From: Octopus bimaculoides
Lineage: Eukaryota
Direction of reading: 5' to 3'
Length of the DNA stretch: 64,000 bases
NCBI RefSeq assembly: GCF_001194135.2
Contig: NC_068981.1
Span: forward strand, 158,533,560-158,597,559
Under the pieces are notes generated by a model, which did no database searches, was not told where the DNA came from, and saw only the letters and a list, made by a program, of their open reading frames with translations. Numbering within the stretch: position 1 is the first letter of the stretch; each line of letters starts with the position of its first letter. The position numbers and the translations under genes were made by a program. Shown piece after piece: positions 1-64,000 of this stretch.

Positions 1-302
1 TCTATACATATCCAGATATACATCCTTATACACATTATGTCCCCTCACATATACCCATACTTATTCATACATACACAACCGTGTGGCCAACTATCATTAC
101 ATCCGTATGTACACAACTACATACCTACCTACATACTCACCTATACATATACACATACATAAATACACACACACACACGCACACACACACAACTAGATGT
201 ACACACACACACACATACTTATACATGCATACACCCCACATATACATATACCCACACATATACCCATACACATATATACACACACATATATATATATATA
301 TC

Positions 303-680
303 CACAAAGGCAATTTCATGCAAAACCCTAGCTGTAGATTGATAAATCCCACAAAAAGGGAATTAAGTATTATCAGCAAACCTATTTTAGATAACATCAT
401 ATGATACATCAGAGCCTCCTCAAACCTTACTCAATGGGTATGCATCAGTGCAACCATTGAATGATTCAAGAATATTGAAGATAAGCCCAAATGCTAAATT
501 CATTTGGTTTGATATCGTGGAGTTTTACCCCTCAATCTGCAAAAAGCCTGCTACATCAGGCACTCAAGTTTAATAAAGCACATACAACCATCACTAACAC
601 CAATATAGCCATCATAATGAACACAAGGAAGTCATTGCTTTTTCGTGGTATTTCTTATTGGGTGAAAAAGAATAGGAATG
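303..680 (+). mobile_element. Penelope-like element RT remnant (N-terminal half of RT)
   Basis: Across stops and frameshifts it reads NPSCRLINPTKRELSIISKPILD..QW..FKNI..KFIWFDIVEFYPSI..LLHQALKF..RKSLLF..WVKK, which are PLE-type RT motifs. Confidence 0.8.
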
Positions 681-1453
681 AGAAAAAAATGATTAGTACC
701 AACATTTCCATGTGGTATGCTTGAACAATTGAGAAGATCCCTTCATATGAAACCTTTGGTAGCCTTGTTAACCCACAAGTAAAGTGCACGTATATGTATA
801 TCTATATATAGTTTTTTTAGAAATAAAATGTCATTTAGTAGTGTACAGAATAATATATTGCTAATAATAATGTGTTGTGATACATTTCACTAAATATCAG
901 AAAATGTTAACACATTCATGAACATCAAACAACATCATGCAATATGACATATTAAGTCAAACATCAATATTTGTTATACATTACATCAGTTTTTCAGCCA
1001 ATGTTGTCACACAATACATCATAGCATTAGATCTCAGATATTATTGTTAAACATTATATGTCACATCAGAAAACAATGTCAGATTCTCATTAGTAAACAT
1101 TGCTGTACGTTACATCAGAAAGTGTTGCATGCTTTATCAAATCCCATTGTTGTACGTAACATCAGGAAACATTGTCATGTTACATCAGTAAACATTACTA
1201 TATGTTACATCAGAAAACATTGTCATGTTACATAAGGTGTCAGTCAATAATGTTAAATATTAGATCTGTGCAATTGTCATATATCAGTCATATGACAGTA
1301 TTGGTTGGTATTAGAAAGTGTTAGGTATTAAATAATGTCATACATTAGACATGTGACAGTATTGTCCTATGTCATTATTGTTGTTTAGTTTATATTTGCC
1401 ATCACAAAGCTGATTCCTTATGACTAATCTTAATGTTTCACCTAATTTCTTAG

Positions 1454-63867
<62,414 letters not shown>

Positions 63868-64000
63868 GTATGTAGAGATATTTTACCTTACATACTAACT
63901 GCAGTGTTAATACCGATCAAACTATAGCAGCTGCTAAACTTCATTCAGCTACTAAACTTTGATATTGGTCAATTAACTCACAGGTCATGAATTCAGATCC

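Noticed and set aside
81-404. His/Thr/Tyr/Val/Cys-repeat ORFs here and at 18.6, 39.5, 40.3, 49.5 and 52.9 kb
   Set aside because: They are translations of (CA)n, (TG)n and (TA)n microsatellites; only the last third of 81..404 is PLE RT.
1100-1235. 23-25-bp repeats (catcag.aaacattgtcatgtta) that might suggest a CRISPR-like array
   Set aside because: Contiguous tandem units without unique spacers in a eukaryotic intron; an ordinary minisatellite.

Overview
Eukaryotic, AT-rich, microsatellite-dense genomic DNA. The repeat content looks like a cephalopod (Octopus-type) draft assembly; this is an inference. The whole window lies inside one + strand gene, an inner-arm axonemal dynein heavy chain most similar to DNAH3. 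I traced 37 internal exons with GT donors and AG acceptors (1454..63867, 5426 nt = 2 nt + 1808 codons). They are phase-consistent, have no stops, and run from AAA2 through AAA3, AAA4, the stalk/MTBD and AAA5 into AAA6; start and stop lie outside the window. The introns hold tRNA-headed SINEs, mariner/Tc1 remnants, MITEs, RTE-LINE fragments and two Penelope-like element (PLE) reverse-transcriptase remnants. The most unusual signal is a set of five hammerhead-ribozyme (HHR) core motifs (CUGAnGA...GAAA...NUH) in four intronic settings: a 293-bp palindrome with one HHR in each arm, an HHR flanked by a masking inverted repeat, a tRNA-headed SINE carrying a minimal HHR, and a degenerate core downstream of a PLE RT remnant. 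All calls were made by eye and none were confirmed by database search or folding software.
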